Part shown: piece after piece, positions 1 to 12,910 of the stretch | Layout: the number at the start of each line of letters is the position of its first letter | Numbering within the stretch: the stretch's first letter is position 1 | NCBI GenBank assembly: GCA_038087875.1 | Contig: CM075988.1 | Coordinates: 8,248,001 to 8,312,000, forward strand | DNA length: 64,000 bases | From: Malacoraja senta | Lineage: Eukaryota | Reading direction: 5' to 3' | Notes under the pieces: generated by a model | The model's input: only the letters and a program-made list of their open reading frames with translations | Told to the model about the DNA's origin: nothing | The model's database searches: none | Translations under genes and position numbers: made by a program

Positions 1-1328
1 ATTATCAAACCAAAGCCCAACAGATGAAGAAAAACAAACCGCCCTTCCTGAATAGTTAAAAGCAGAGGGATTAGAGTATTGAATTGCAACCCATCTCACA
101 CTCCTATTCCAATCAGTGTAGCATCTATTATTTTAATTATTCCCCCTTCCGCTTCTTGTCAAATCTGTTCCATCTCCAGACTTGCTCAGATATATCCCTA
201 TTTAAGATCCTCTTCTTAACACTGGGAAAGATTCCAGGCTGCTCATGAAAGGCCGCCCTGCAACTGGACGTTGAGTGGACAGAGGCCACCAATCGATTTG
301 AGTTCCCATATTTCTTTTTGCTTGGTACTTTCATCGAAATTGTTTGTCTCAAAAAGGGAAATCTTTACTGGGGGTAAATCTTTTCTGAAGCTTCTCTCCT
401 GAACAAAAAGCACAAGCCAATGAAAGAAGGGAAGTTCTCATCATTGAAGATGAGAATTTTCATCATTCAATATGCGGGCGGCAGGGTGGCGCAGCGGTCG
501 AGTTGCTGCCTTGCAGCGCCAGAGAACCGGACAGAGTAATCCTGACTACGGGCGCTGTGGAATTCATTGCCGCAGATGGTGGTGGAGGCAAGCCATTGGG
601 CAATTTGTTTAAGCGTTGATAGGTTCTTTATTAGTATGGGTGTCAATAGTTATGGGGAGAAGGCAGGAGAATGGGGTTGAGAGGGAAAAACGGATTAACA
701 ATGATCAAGATGTGATGGGCCGAATGACCCAATTCTGCTCCTATTTCTTGAGAACATATGAACTACCCGTATGAGAGATTGTTGAATATGAAGCAATTAT
801 TTATAATTCAATAGCACAGTGCGACACATTAGAACCCTTGATCCAGTATCGGAACAGCGCCCCGCTGTTTAAAGCAAATGTTCTGCACAACCATTTAACA
901 TTTTTTACAGATCCACAGAAAATGCTGATCAACTATCAATTATCAGCATTACTGCTGAGTGGTTTGGCTAAAACAAAATGCACTCAAGCAGTTTTAAATT
1001 GTTTAAGGAGATCAATAATAAAGGTTTCTCTCTGATTGCTCATGAAGCACTTGTCAGTCAGTGGTTACTGACTGCACAGGGTAATTACTCAGTGCTGACA
1101 CCGATCGCACGTTATCCACAGCTCACAGCTTCTCAGTCACTCTGTGCACATCATTTCTCCCACAGTGCATTTGACACCCTGACCTCTTTTTTTTCAATCC
1201 CCTTATCAGGCTGCATCTACTATTCAACTCCCAGTGGCTGACCATTTCAGTTTCAAAAAATTCATCCCTTCGAGGAAAATATTGCAAACTAGCCAGACAT
1301 GTTTCCAAGCCCCCTTGGGAGGCACGAG

Positions 1329-2492
1329 GAAAAACTTTTTCAGCCAGAGAGTTGTGAATCTGTGAGTTCTCTGCCACGGAAGGCCGTGGAAGTCAATGCA
1401 CTGGATGTATTCAAGAGAGAGTTAGAAAAGGCTCTTAGCCCAAGAAATTAGCCCAACCTATAACAAAAGATATTTGGGATGAAAGTTTACAACATATACA
1501 TCAATGTTCATTAAATGCCAGACATTCTTTAATACAATTTAAAGTACTACATAGATTGCATTATTCAAAAACAAAATTAAATAGAATCTTTCCTAATATC
1601 TCTCCTATTTGCGATAAATGCCAATACTCATCGGCTAATTTAACCCATACCTTTGTAAATTGTATAAAAATTAAAAATTATTGGATGGATATTTTAAAAA
1701 TAATCTCTGTAGTTGTTAATACTCAACTGGATCCCGATCCTAAATTAATAATATTGGGCATATCAGAACAAAACCTAAAACTTACAACAAACCAAAGAAA
1801 TTTCCTTGACTACAGTATAATAATTGGGAAAAAATTTATATTAAAATTTTGGAAAAATCTTGCAACCCCCACAATTAAGATGTGGATTATGGAGATGTCG
1901 GAGACCTTACATTTGGAAAAAATTAGATATGTCTTAATTGACAAACCAGAATTATTTACTAAAATATGGTCTCCATTTATAGATTATCTGAAGGGGTAGA
2001 CTGGGCCGGCGCGGAGGCCTGACTGAAACCTGAACCCAGGACTAGTAGAATAGTTACGTTTTCTGACCTATGGACCTATCTCCTAAGTTGTATTATTGAT
2101 AGTTTATCTTACTTTTCTAATTTCATCTTTTTACTTCTTTATTTTTATTATCTATAAATATAAATAAATAATTAGAGGCAACGTTAATATGTAACTGATA
2201 AAGGAGGACCCCAGCTACTTTGGTAACTGGGTACCCGGAACCCTGGATACTTAATATGTAATCGTTATACAAAGTTTGTATTGGGTTGGACTATGATATG
2301 TAGATACCTCTAATAAAAAATTACAATTATAAGAAAAGGCTCTTAGGGCTAATGGAATTAAGGGATATGGGGAGAAAGCAGGAACTGGGTACTGATTCTG
2401 GATGATCAGCCATGATCATATGGAATGGTGGTGCTGGCTCGAAGGGCCGAATGGCCTACTCCTGCACCTTTTTTCTTTGTTTCTATGTTTCC
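1329..2492 (+). mobile_element. CR1/HER1-type LINE 3' fragment interrupted by the L1 insertion
   Basis: aaaacttttt...gagttgtgaatctgt...gagagagttaga | ggctaatggaattaagggatatggggagaaagcagg...gaagggccgaatggcctactcctgcacc. Confidence 0.8.
1439..2331 (+). mobile_element. L1-clade LINE 3' fragment (ORF2 C-terminal Cys-rich region + 3' UTR)
   Basis: WDESLQHIHQCSLNARHSLIQFKVLHRLHYSKTKLNRIFPNISPICDKC...HTFVNC; stop at 1999; AATAAA and A-rich end; 15-bp TSD agaaaaggctcttag (1424-1438, 2332-2346). Confidence 0.85.
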
Positions 2493-2652
2493 TTGAGAAG
2501 TTTGTGTTGATGTTATCTATGTGAACTGCTGAGGTCCACGTGGAGTTGCTATTCCCACAATAAGACATGCTGATGTGTCCCAGGATTTTGACATAGTGGC
2601 AATGAAGAGCTATGCAATATATGTCCAAAGCCAAATGAAATCAGAACTCACA

Positions 2653-2959
2653 GCGGCACCGTGACGTTGCAGTAGTGCTGCCGCCTTCCAGTGCCAGAGA
2701 ACCGGGTTCGATACTGACTCCAGGTACTGTCTGTACAGAGTGTATATGTTCTCCCCGTGACCGCGTGGGTTTTCTCCGGGTGCTTCAGTCTCCTCCCACA
2801 CACCAATGACGTACGGGATTGTAGGCTAATTGGCTTCTGTAAATTGTAAATTGTCCCTAGTGTGTAGGATAGTGTTAGTGTATGGGGTGATCACTGGTCA
2901 GTGCGGAGTTGATGGGCCGAAGGGCCTGTTTGCGTGCTGTGTCTCTAAAGTCTAAAGTC
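2653..2959 (+). mobile_element. tRNA-derived V-SINE (HE1-like)
   Basis: tRNA-like head with B box ggttcgat, V-domain gttctccccgtgaccgcgtgggttttctccgggtgc, tail gggccgaagggcctgttt shared with the CR1/HER1 LINE. Confidence 0.8.
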
Positions 2960-3424
2960 AATGCATCTGCTGTTGAGTCCACTAATGTTCAGAAGAAGTT
3001 AGCTGGATGCACTTGGTCTCTGGTCTCTCAGTTTTATATCAGTGCAACCCCCACTCAATGGAAGGGGTTCGACAACCAAGATTGGAATGATGAACACAAA
3101 ATGCTGGAGTAATTCAGTGGGACAGACAGCATCTCTGAAGAGAAAGAATGGGTGATGTTTTGGGTCGAGACCCTGCTTTTTTTGTTATTTTACTCAATGT
3201 TAACGAATTTCTGGTACTTTCAGCATGGTCATCCAGAGACAGGGCCTCGGATTCTGGTTCCCGAGGGCTGGTCATTGCGATTCTGCTTGGTGGGAGGATC
3301 CTCAGATACAGAGAGGGTGAGGTTGGTCACCCTCAGATCCAGGTTAGTGTTTGTGGCTATGCGCCATAGACAGCAAGTTTAGACAATGGGGCGTGTGTGT
3401 TATGCCCTGTCCCACAGCCTCTTC

Positions 3425-3695
3425 AATACAGAACTTCTACTTGTGTGCAGTAGAGAGCATGCTGACTGGTTGCATCATGGCTTGGGTCAGCAATTCGATC
3501 ACCCAGGAATGAAGGAGGCTAATGAGAATGGTGGAAATTACCCAGTCCATCCCAAGTACTGACCTCCTCACCATTGAAGAGATCCATCATAAGCACTGTC
3601 TCAAAAATGCAACCAATTTCATGGAAGTCCCACACCACCCTGAACGCACTCCCATTTCCCTACTACCATAGGGAAGAAGGATGAGCAGCAGGCCT
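3425..3695 (+). mobile_element. Rex1/Babar-type LINE ORF2 C-terminal remnant
   Basis: Degenerate CAVESMLTGCIMAW...HHP...LLP*GRR, homologous in pattern to the C-terminus of the 45364-46431 ORF. Confidence 0.55.
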
Positions 3696-3699
3696 TAAT

Positions 3700-5612
3700 C
3701 TCAAACACTATTAATGGTTTCATCACTTCTGGCTGTCTGCCTTCCACAGCCTCCAACCTTATCGTTTCCCAGCCCTGCACAGCCCATTTTTACCTTCTCT
3801 CCAAGATCCACAAACACAACTGCCCTGGCAGACCCATTGTTTCTGCCTGCTCCTGTCCCACGGAAATGATTATCCACGTACCTCGAATCCATCCCATCCT
3901 GCTGGTCCAATCTCTCCCGACCTATGTCAAAAATACCTCACATGCCCTTCGTCTCTTTAATGACTTCCGCTTTCCGAGCCTCCACTCCCTCATCTGTACT
4001 ATGGACGTTCAGTCACTCTACACCTCCATCCCCCACCAGGAAGGCTTTAAAGCCCTCCATTTCTTCCTCGACCGCAGAACCATCCAATTTCCCTCTACCA
4101 ACACTCTGGTCCTCACCCTCAACAACTTCTCCTTTGACTCTTCCCACTTCCTCCAAGTCCAAGGCATAGCTATCAGCACCCGATTGCGTCCCAGCTATGC
4201 CTGCCTCTTTGTAGGGTGCTTTGAACAATCCCTGTTCCAAGAGTACACTGGCTCTATCCCCAAACACTATCTCTGTTACATTGATGACTGCATCGGTGCT
4301 ACCTCCTGCACCCATGCAGAACTCATCAACTTCATCAACTTCACCACCAATTTCATCCTGCACTCAAATTTACTTGGACCATCTCCGACACCTCCCTCCC
4401 CTTTCTTGGTCTCACAGTCTCCATCCCAAGAAATAGATGGTCGACTGTCGTGTATTACAAACCCACTGACTCCCACAACTATCTCGACTACACTTCTTCC
4501 CACCCTGCTTCCTGCAAAGACTCTATCCCCTACTCCCAATTCCTCCGTCTACACCGCATCTGCGCCCAAGGTGAGGTGTTCCATACTAGAACATCCGAGA
4601 TGTCCTCATTCTTTAGGGAACGTGGGTTCCCCTCTCCCATCATAGATGAGGCCCTCACTCGTGTCTCCTCGGTACCTCGCAATTCCGCCCTTGCTCCCCC
4701 TCCCCCTAGTCACAACAGAGACAGAGTCCCCCTAGTTCTTACCTTCCACCCCATCACCTGTCGCATACAACACATAATCCTCCGAAATTTCCGCCACCTC
4801 CAACGGGATCCCACCACTAGCCACATTTTCCCATCTCCACCCCTTTCCGCCTTCCGCAGAGACTGTTCCCTCCGCAACTCCCTGGTTAACTCATCCCTTC
4901 CCACCCAAACCGCCCCCTCCCCAGGTACTTTCCCTTGCAACCACAGAAGATGCAACAGCTGTCGCTATACCTCCCTCCTTGACTCTGTCCAGGGACCCCG
5001 ACAGTCCTTTCAGGTTAGGCAGAGGTTCACTTGCACCTCCTCCAACCTCATCTACTGTATCCATTGGTCAAGATGTGGACTCTTATACATCAGCGAGACC
5101 AAACACAGACTGGGCGAGCGTTTCGCGGAACACCTTCGGTCAGACGGCCTGAACCAACCTGATCTCCCGGTTAGTGGACACTTTAATTCTCCTTCCCATT
5201 CCTACACAGGCCTTTCAGTCCTCCGTCTCCTCCATTGTCAGAGTGAGGCTAAACGCAAATTGGAGGAACAGCATCTCATATTTTGGTTGGGCAGCTTACA
5301 GCCCAGTGGTATGAATATTGATTTCTCTCACTTCAGGTAGCCCCGGCATTCCCTCTCTCACTATCCCTCCCTCACCCAAGTCACACTAGCTTCTCATTTT
5401 CACCCTGCAGCCTGTTTCCTTCATCATCGTTACTTTTTTGCATATCTTTCATTCATTGTTCTTTATCTATCCACATCACCGTCTATATCTCTCGTTTCCC
5501 TTATCCCTAACCAGTCTGAAGAAGGGTCTCGACCTGAACTATCACCCATTCCTTCTCTCCAGAGATGCTACCTGTCCCGCTGAGTTACTCCAGCTATTTG
5601 TGTCTATCTTCA
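3700..5612 (+). mobile_element. Penelope-like retroelement (RT + GIY-YIG endonuclease), 5'-truncated and frameshifted, with 3' pseudo-LTR
   Basis: ORF fragments KIHKHNCPGRPIVS, TMDVQSLYTSIPH, QGIAISTRLRPSYACLFVG, CYIDDCIG (RT), YYKPTDSHNYLDYTSSHP and NLIYCIHWSRCGLLYISETKHRLGERFAEH (GIY-YIG). Stop at 5340, then a 3' UTR ending in the hammerhead-like repeat. Confidence 0.92.
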
Positions 5613-8305
5613 GTTATATATTCTGAGCGATCTGAGCAATATGATTGCTCCTAAATTTCTTGCCTTTTACATTTGTAACTGTCTTATATTTACCGGTTAG
5701 TTTGGTTAAGTTTAAATTAGAGATACAGCATGAAAACAGGCCCTTCGTCCTTCGAGTTCATGCCGACCATTAACACATTCACACTAGTTCCATGTTATCC
5801 CACTCTCCCATCAACTCCCTACCCACTAAAGGTGTTACCTAAAAGCTCATGAGTCTTTGGAATATGGAAGGAAACCAGAGCACCCGGTGGAAACTCATGT
5901 GGTCACAGAGAGAATGTGCAAACTCCACACATCCAACAGTTTTGGACCAACTTTGTCTATTCCAACCTTCGGGTCACCTCTAAGTATCCTTTCCAGAAAA
6001 TGTAGTCCCCATACCTTCTCCCGTATAAAGAAATGCCTGCAGTGCCTACACTCCCCAGCCCAGTGCTGCTGGCACGACCACTGTGGTAGGTCACAGGTGT
6101 ACCAATAATTTACCTTCAACAGTGATAAGGGACAATTTTCTTCTATTTACTAAGGCTGTGCCTCCATAAAGCCATTAGCAGAGACAATGGATTAACAGCT
6201 TCATTCAAATCTGGGAGTGCAATCAGTGCTCGGGCAAGCTGCTGAGTAACCTTGGGATTGCAACACATCAGCCAAGAAAGGAGAGATTTAATAAGGCTGC
6301 CACAATAGTAGGTATTTATCAGTCATCCGACAGTTAGTCCAAACCTACGGAGCTTTTAACGACTCCACATTGCCAAGCAGTTACAATGAATTCCAATTAA
6401 TTTCCTTTCTTTTCAACTGCAATGAGTGTCAGAGTAAATTCTATGATTTACTGCTTTCAGTGCAGAGTTATGCTCCATAGAAAGCATTGCTGGAATTCAG
6501 CCTGGCCAATTCATGTCCCACATAATATATGGTCTAATATTCAGCACCACCCATCTCCAACCCTTACAATATTACACATTCATCCATATTCAGGCACCTT
6601 GATAAGCCAATTTGCTCATTCCCCTGAAAAGAATGACTGTGTTTAGTTTAGTTTAGCATAGAGGTACAGCGCGGAAACAGGCCCTTTGGCCCACTGAGTC
6701 CGCGCCGACCCGCGGGCCCCGCACACTAGCACTATCCTACACACACGAGGGACAATTTACAACTTTACCAAGCCATTAAGCCTACGAACGTGTACATCTT
6801 TGGAGACTGTGTTCAGATATCTTGCTGATATGTTGACCACTGGCCACAACTTAACATTCAACAATGGGAGATGGGAGAGAACTTACCTCCTGCAGCAGTT
6901 CCTCACCAACACCCGCGGACTACATAAAGAAGGGCACAACGTTCTGGAGCAACTCAGGCAGCATCTCTGGAGAACATGATTGGATGAGGTTTCAGTTCAG
7001 GACTCTTCTTCAGAGCATGGCCTGAAGAACCCAGCTGACCCAGCAACAAAATGGGATTTCAACCTGGAATCTCCTTGGTCTGTAGGAATTTGTTCCAAAT
7101 CTGGCAGAGTTAAAAGCCTTAAGCAAGAAGAACCATTTCACCAGGATGCCACTGATGTACTAATCCTGGGAAATATTCTGTTTCTGCTCCTTTTACATGG
7201 AACTCTTTACTCTCTTTGTTGGCTTCAATGGCTTTCTTTTGTAACTAAGCTTCAATGCCTATTCATTTCAAACCTGTCCTGGGCGCTTTTGTAATGTAAC
7301 TTTCAGGTTTGAACAACACTGGCCTCATCCATTCTGAAGGAGCAGTGGCATGTGTCAGCTGAGAAGTGACACTTTACCTGTCAGACAGAAATGGGCCAGA
7401 GAAACAGCAATCTTGGTTTAAACAACTTCTGATCTGTGAACTTTTGGTCTAGGATTGTGACCTCGGAAGGTATTTTCAATGGCCAATCTCGACTGTGGAG
7501 AAAAGCTCCTGCAACGTATTCAACCATAAGAAACCTGCCTTGTTCTCAACTTGACTATAGCCCTGCCCTTGATTATTCCCTTAGTGTGACGCTATTTTTT
7601 TATCCCTTGACCAGTCCGTTCTCTGCATGCATTGTTCATCTTTCCCTGCCTGTGATCCACCTCTTGTGTTGAATGGTGAGTGTTTCTTTGCTCTCTTTCT
7701 CACACAAACTGGCCATTGAGAGCTGCCAGAGACAAGGTCAAATGATAATTGTTGTTTCCCAACCCCTACTGGAAAGACAACTGTTACAAAGAATTGTGCC
7801 AACTTGTCACAATCACAGAACCTCATGGTCTTCACCACTGGAATAAATTACACCATGTTACGCAGCTTCCAACAAGAGACCCTGATTAGAAAATCATGGA
7901 TCAGACATTGTTATGTATGATTCAGTTGTAAAAAGGGAATCATGCGGTCTTTACATTTTAGACATTGGAGATATAGTGTAGAAACAGGCCCTTCGGCCCA
8001 CCAAGTCTGTGCCAACCAATGATCACCACGTGCACTAGCACTATCCCACACACTAGGGACAAGTTACAATTTACAGAAGCGACAATTTAATTAAGCTACA
8101 AACCAAAATATAATATATAAGATAAGATGGTCAAAATATAAGAAACAGCTGCTCAAAAATGGTTAAGCATGTGGCAGGAATATATTTAAATTCCGCCACT
8201 ATTTACAACCTTGAGGGTTGTCATATCTCTGTGCCTTGGCACATGACCACAATGTTCCACATGTGGGGTGTAAATCCAGTGAACCTCCAACACTCCTCTC
8301 TACTT

Positions 8306-8645
8306 GGGTAGACGCACAGAGTCTCTTACCCAGTGTAGGGCAATCGAGAACCAGAGGACATAGGTTTAAGGTGAGGGGGGAAAGATTTAATAGGAATCGG
8401 AGGGGTAACTTTTTCACACAAAGGGTGGTGAGTGTATATAATGAACTGTCAGAGGATATAGTGAGGCAGCTACTATTGCAATGTTTAAGAAATATTTAGA
8501 CAGGTATACAAATAGGATATGTTAAGAGGGATATGGGCCAAATGCAGGCAGGTGGGACCAGTGTAGACAGGAAGTGTTGGTCAGTATGGGGAGCCCAAGT
8601 TGGGCTGAAGGGCCTGTTTCCATGCTTTAAGACTCCGTGACTCTA
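8306..8645 (+). mobile_element. CR1/HER1-type LINE 3' fragment
   Basis: SRTRGHRFKVRGERF...FFTQRVV; tail gggctgaagggcctgtttccatgct. Confidence 0.8.
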
Positions 8646-11133
8646 CTTGCTCACTCAACAGTAAAGTCAGCACGCAACGCACAGTCCTAAGCAATTCCAT
8701 AATCAATTAATCCCATCAAAGCTCCATTTAGTCATCAATGGTGGTGGACAATTAAATCTAAGTGTGGGGTGGCACCAAGAACACCCCTATCTCCACTGAT
8801 GGCTGGCCTCATCGCCCAAGTGTTGAAGATGAGGCTGAAAAATTTGCAACCATGTTCAGCCTGAGCTTCTGAAAAGATGGTTTATCTTCTTGAGATCCCC
8901 ACCATTTACAAATAGTTTTCAGTTGAAGGTAGGCACAAAAGTAACCGGAGTAACTCAGCAAGTCAGGAAGCATCACTGGAGAAAAGGTGACTGGGTCAGT
9001 TGGGGGCATCAGCCTTCAGTTGATTCAATTCACTTCAGGTACTATAAAAAAATAGCGGAGCATGTGTGATGCAGAAAGAGCATTGGAAGAGATAACATCC
9101 CAGACAGTGGACCAAGGAAGAAAATAAATTGCCGGAGGAACTCAGCGGGTCAGGAGCAATCAATGCTGCCTGACCCACTGAGTTCCTCCAGCAGTTTGAT
9201 TTTTGCTCACAATTCCAGCATCTATAGTCTCTTGTGTCTGTACAGTACTGAAGAATTGCTTTCATCCGATGAATGCATAATATTCAATTCCATCCACAAC
9301 TCTGTGGTAAATGAAGCCTGCGAGCAGCAAGACTGAAATGATATTCAGGCATGGACTGAAAGATGGCAAGTAATTATGGGAAGCTAATATTCAGGGAAAG
9401 GAAACCTGGAACAATGTAATTAGGATGTAGGAATCGCATGGGATAATACAAGATACATTTTGTGAATCATGGATTAGTACTACCAAAGTAAAGAGGATAA
9501 TGGTACAATATTTTTCTAATAATAGGAATTAGATTATATGGCACTATCCACGGAAAGCAAATCGTGGGAAGATAAATAAACTATGGTACCATGCAGATGC
9601 TGCAATTAATTCATATAAAGATGTACTCTACAACTAAACTGGATTGAGGGCATTAGTATCAGGGGAAAGAGTATCACAAGGGACATTGCTATACATGTAA
9701 CATGTATCATAGTACTATTCCATGTGAGGCTGTTACATAGAGTGTGGATGCGGCATGTTGTCCGTTGTGGGCAAGTTGGGCCAAAGGGCCGTTTCCACGC
9801 TGTATGACTCCATGACTTTATAAAGGGAAACATTGGGGTATTATTCTCCAAATAGTGGGAAATCCAAGGATTCAGAACCATCCAGTTGATGCGAATTATG
9901 GGCCAGTACAGATTGGGTTTGGAGGGTCATAAAGCTATTATCCAGATAGAGTGAATCATGGGGCTTTCCTATTCAGCCTCATGGATTTCCCGTGGACACG
10001 ACGACCACGGAGTCCTCGCCGATAAATAATCACCCGTATGATAATTCTGTCCTACATCCTACGGGCAATTTACAGAGGTCAATTAACCTATAAACCTGCA
10101 CGTCTTTGGAATGTGGGAGGAAACCGGAGCACCCGGGGAAAACCCACGCAGTCATGGGTTCAAACCCGGGACTCTGGTGCAGTAATGCAGCAACGTTACT
10201 GCTGTGCCGACTCCGTTTTGTATCTATTCAGCAATCTGGTGTTGGATACATAAACCACATGGCCTACCGACCAAAGCCAGCTTGGTGTAATCAGGGTGCC
10301 AAAGCTGTGATGTAACCTGCACTATAATGTTGCCACTGGTTCACTTACCCTGACAGTGAATTTGGAGGATTCTGCCAAGACAGCACAGGCAGTATGTCCC
10401 CAACACCAGCCGCAGGTAGCACCAACATCAGACATATATACAGGGAGGTGGGGATCATGAGAGATCATGGGCTTTGTGGTTTTTAGTTCAGAGTTACAAC
10501 ATGGATGATGGCCCTGGATTTATTTTACCTCAATGGCTCTGTCCCATTTTCTTCTGCTCAACTGGAGAATAGTCCCATTATTTATTTCTGGTTGTCTCGT
10601 ACTGTTGCAGGTGATTTCCTTAACTGAATGCTAGCCCACGATATACTTTAGAATTGAATTGAATACTTCATTGTCACGTGTGACAAGTCACAGTGAAATT
10701 CTTTGTTTTGCAGACCCAAGGTATGCAAAGAGTTGCCACTTAAAGGGCGATGACAAAGTTACAAAGTATCCCGTGCAGGTCCTCCTTTGTTGTCCCACCC
10801 CACCCCTCCCCCTTCACGGCAGTTCCCCATTCCCGGGAGAACGCTTCTTCATATTCTCCCTGCAGATTTTACCTTCAGATGAAGGTGTACCCACCGCCTA
10901 ATACTAGCTGGCTGTTTCCTGCCTACAATGTGACATTCTGGCTGGTGATGTCAGTACCAGAATGCGCAAGTCTCTGGGCCATGATATTCTGTCATCATAA
11001 ATAATGGGAATTCTATGAGACTGTACTATTCCAGCTAAACGGGCCATGGGAAAATACTATCCAGATAAAGGAAATCACAGGATTTTGACTCCCAGTGAAG
11101 TGTCTCATAGGACAGTATATCCAGTTTAACACT

Positions 11134-11405
11134 ACAGCGCCAGAGACCCGGGTTCGATCCTGACCACCGGTGCTGTCTGTACGCAGTTTGTACATTCTCC
11201 CTGTGACCACGTGGGTTTTCTCCGGGTGCTTCGGTTTCCTCCCACATTCCAAAGACGTACAGGATTATAGGTTAATTGGCTTTGGTAAATTGTCCCTAGT
11301 GTGTGGGATAGAACAAATGTACAGAGGTGATCGCTGATCGGCGCGGACTCAGTGGGCCGAAGGGCCTGTTTCCGCGCTGTATCTCTAAACTAAAGTAAAC
11401 TAAAC
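11134..11405 (+). mobile_element. V-SINE (HE1-like), 5'-truncated
   Basis: cagagacccgggttcgatcctgacc...gggccgaagggcctgtttccgcgctgtatctctaaactaaa. Confidence 0.8.
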
Positions 11406-12579
11406 ACATGGGACACCACTTTCTGAGGAAATAAAATCAAGGAACTGTACTGCCCAGGTAAACAATCATAGGACTATCTAAGTAAAAGGAATAACGACAT
11501 CGTGCTATCTAAGTATAGAGCGTTTTCAAAGTAGGGATGATTGCGAGGTCGCTGTCAATACTGCACATTTCACAGGCTGCCTGAGAGCAGTTCTTTCATG
11601 TACTTTAGCCATTTAATCCCCCAAGAGACCATTCTGTATAAATGCTTCCTGATCCCCAAAAGCAATCAAGTGAAATGCCAGAGTATCCAGCCACCCCCCA
11701 CACTTCTATTATTCAGCTCTGGAGAGCAGCATTTACACACATAATAGAGGGTCCCTTAGTTATGGACACTGCAACTTACAAAAATCTGATTTTGCACAAA
11801 TGTTTAGGAAGGAGCTGCAGATGCTGATTTACACTGAAGATAGACACAAGATGCTGGAGTAACTCAGTGGGACAGGCAGCATCTCTGGAGAGAAGGAATG
11901 GGTGATGTTTTGGCTCAAGACCCTGCTTCAGACGGAAATGTCTCTGGTTTCAGATATATGCACTCAACTCCCTTCAACCAGGCAACAGTGCAGAGACCAA
12001 CCACAGGAAAAGCCAATTCCTTCTCCAAACTCTCCTTCAAACGATAGCGATCCCGAGCCACCTCTCGTTAGTACTTGGGTTCTTTTATTAAACTACTGAT
12101 TGTTTTCCCGCTGGTTAGCAGATCAGATCTCCTCACAACTCTAACTGGGCGGCATTCAGGCAAACACTTCTCACAGCTCACTTGCTGGCAACAATTCCTC
12201 TAACCTACGCTCACATCCCCAGTCAACTTTTCGCAAATCATTCCCCGAGCGCTGTCGAGGTCTGAAGATTTCACATTGCGGTTTTTGAAGGGAAATTGTT
12301 TGTTTCCAACATAGAAAATCCAGTTTTCAGAGAGTTATGGAGTCAGTCATACAGTGTGGCAACGGGCCCTTTGGCCCCACTTGCCCATATCGACCAATAT
12401 GTCCCATCAACACTAGTCCCACCTGCCTGCGTCTGGCCCACATGCCTCTATATATACCTTATCCATTTTCTCATGAAGCGAATCCTTACATAGCCCGGGG
12501 ACCACCTGTAGTTCCAGCATCACAATCATTTAGGGATCATGCAGCATGTGGCAATTAATGTCCCCAAAATTCTTAAAAT

Positions 12580-12910
12580 ATAGAATTCTTAAGGGATTGG
12601 ACAGGATAGATGCAGGAAAAATGTTCCCCATGTTGAGGGAGTTCAGAACCAGGGGTCGCAGTTTAAGAATAAGGGGTAGGCCATTTAGGACTGAGATGAG
12701 GAAAAACTTTTTTCACCCAGAGAGTTGTGAATCTGTGGAATTGGCAGTGGAGGCCAATTCACTGGATGATTTCAAGAGAGTTATATTTAGTTTTTAGCTA
12801 ATGGAATCGAGGGATATGGAGAAAAAGCAGGGAACGGGGTAGTGATTTTGGATTAACAGCCATGATCATATTGAATGGCCTACTGCACCTATTTTTCATG
12901 TTTCTATGTA
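12580..12910 (+). mobile_element. CR1-type LINE 3' fragment
   Basis: ILKGLDRIDAGKMFPML...RTRGRSLRIRGRPFRTEMRKNFF. Confidence 0.8.
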
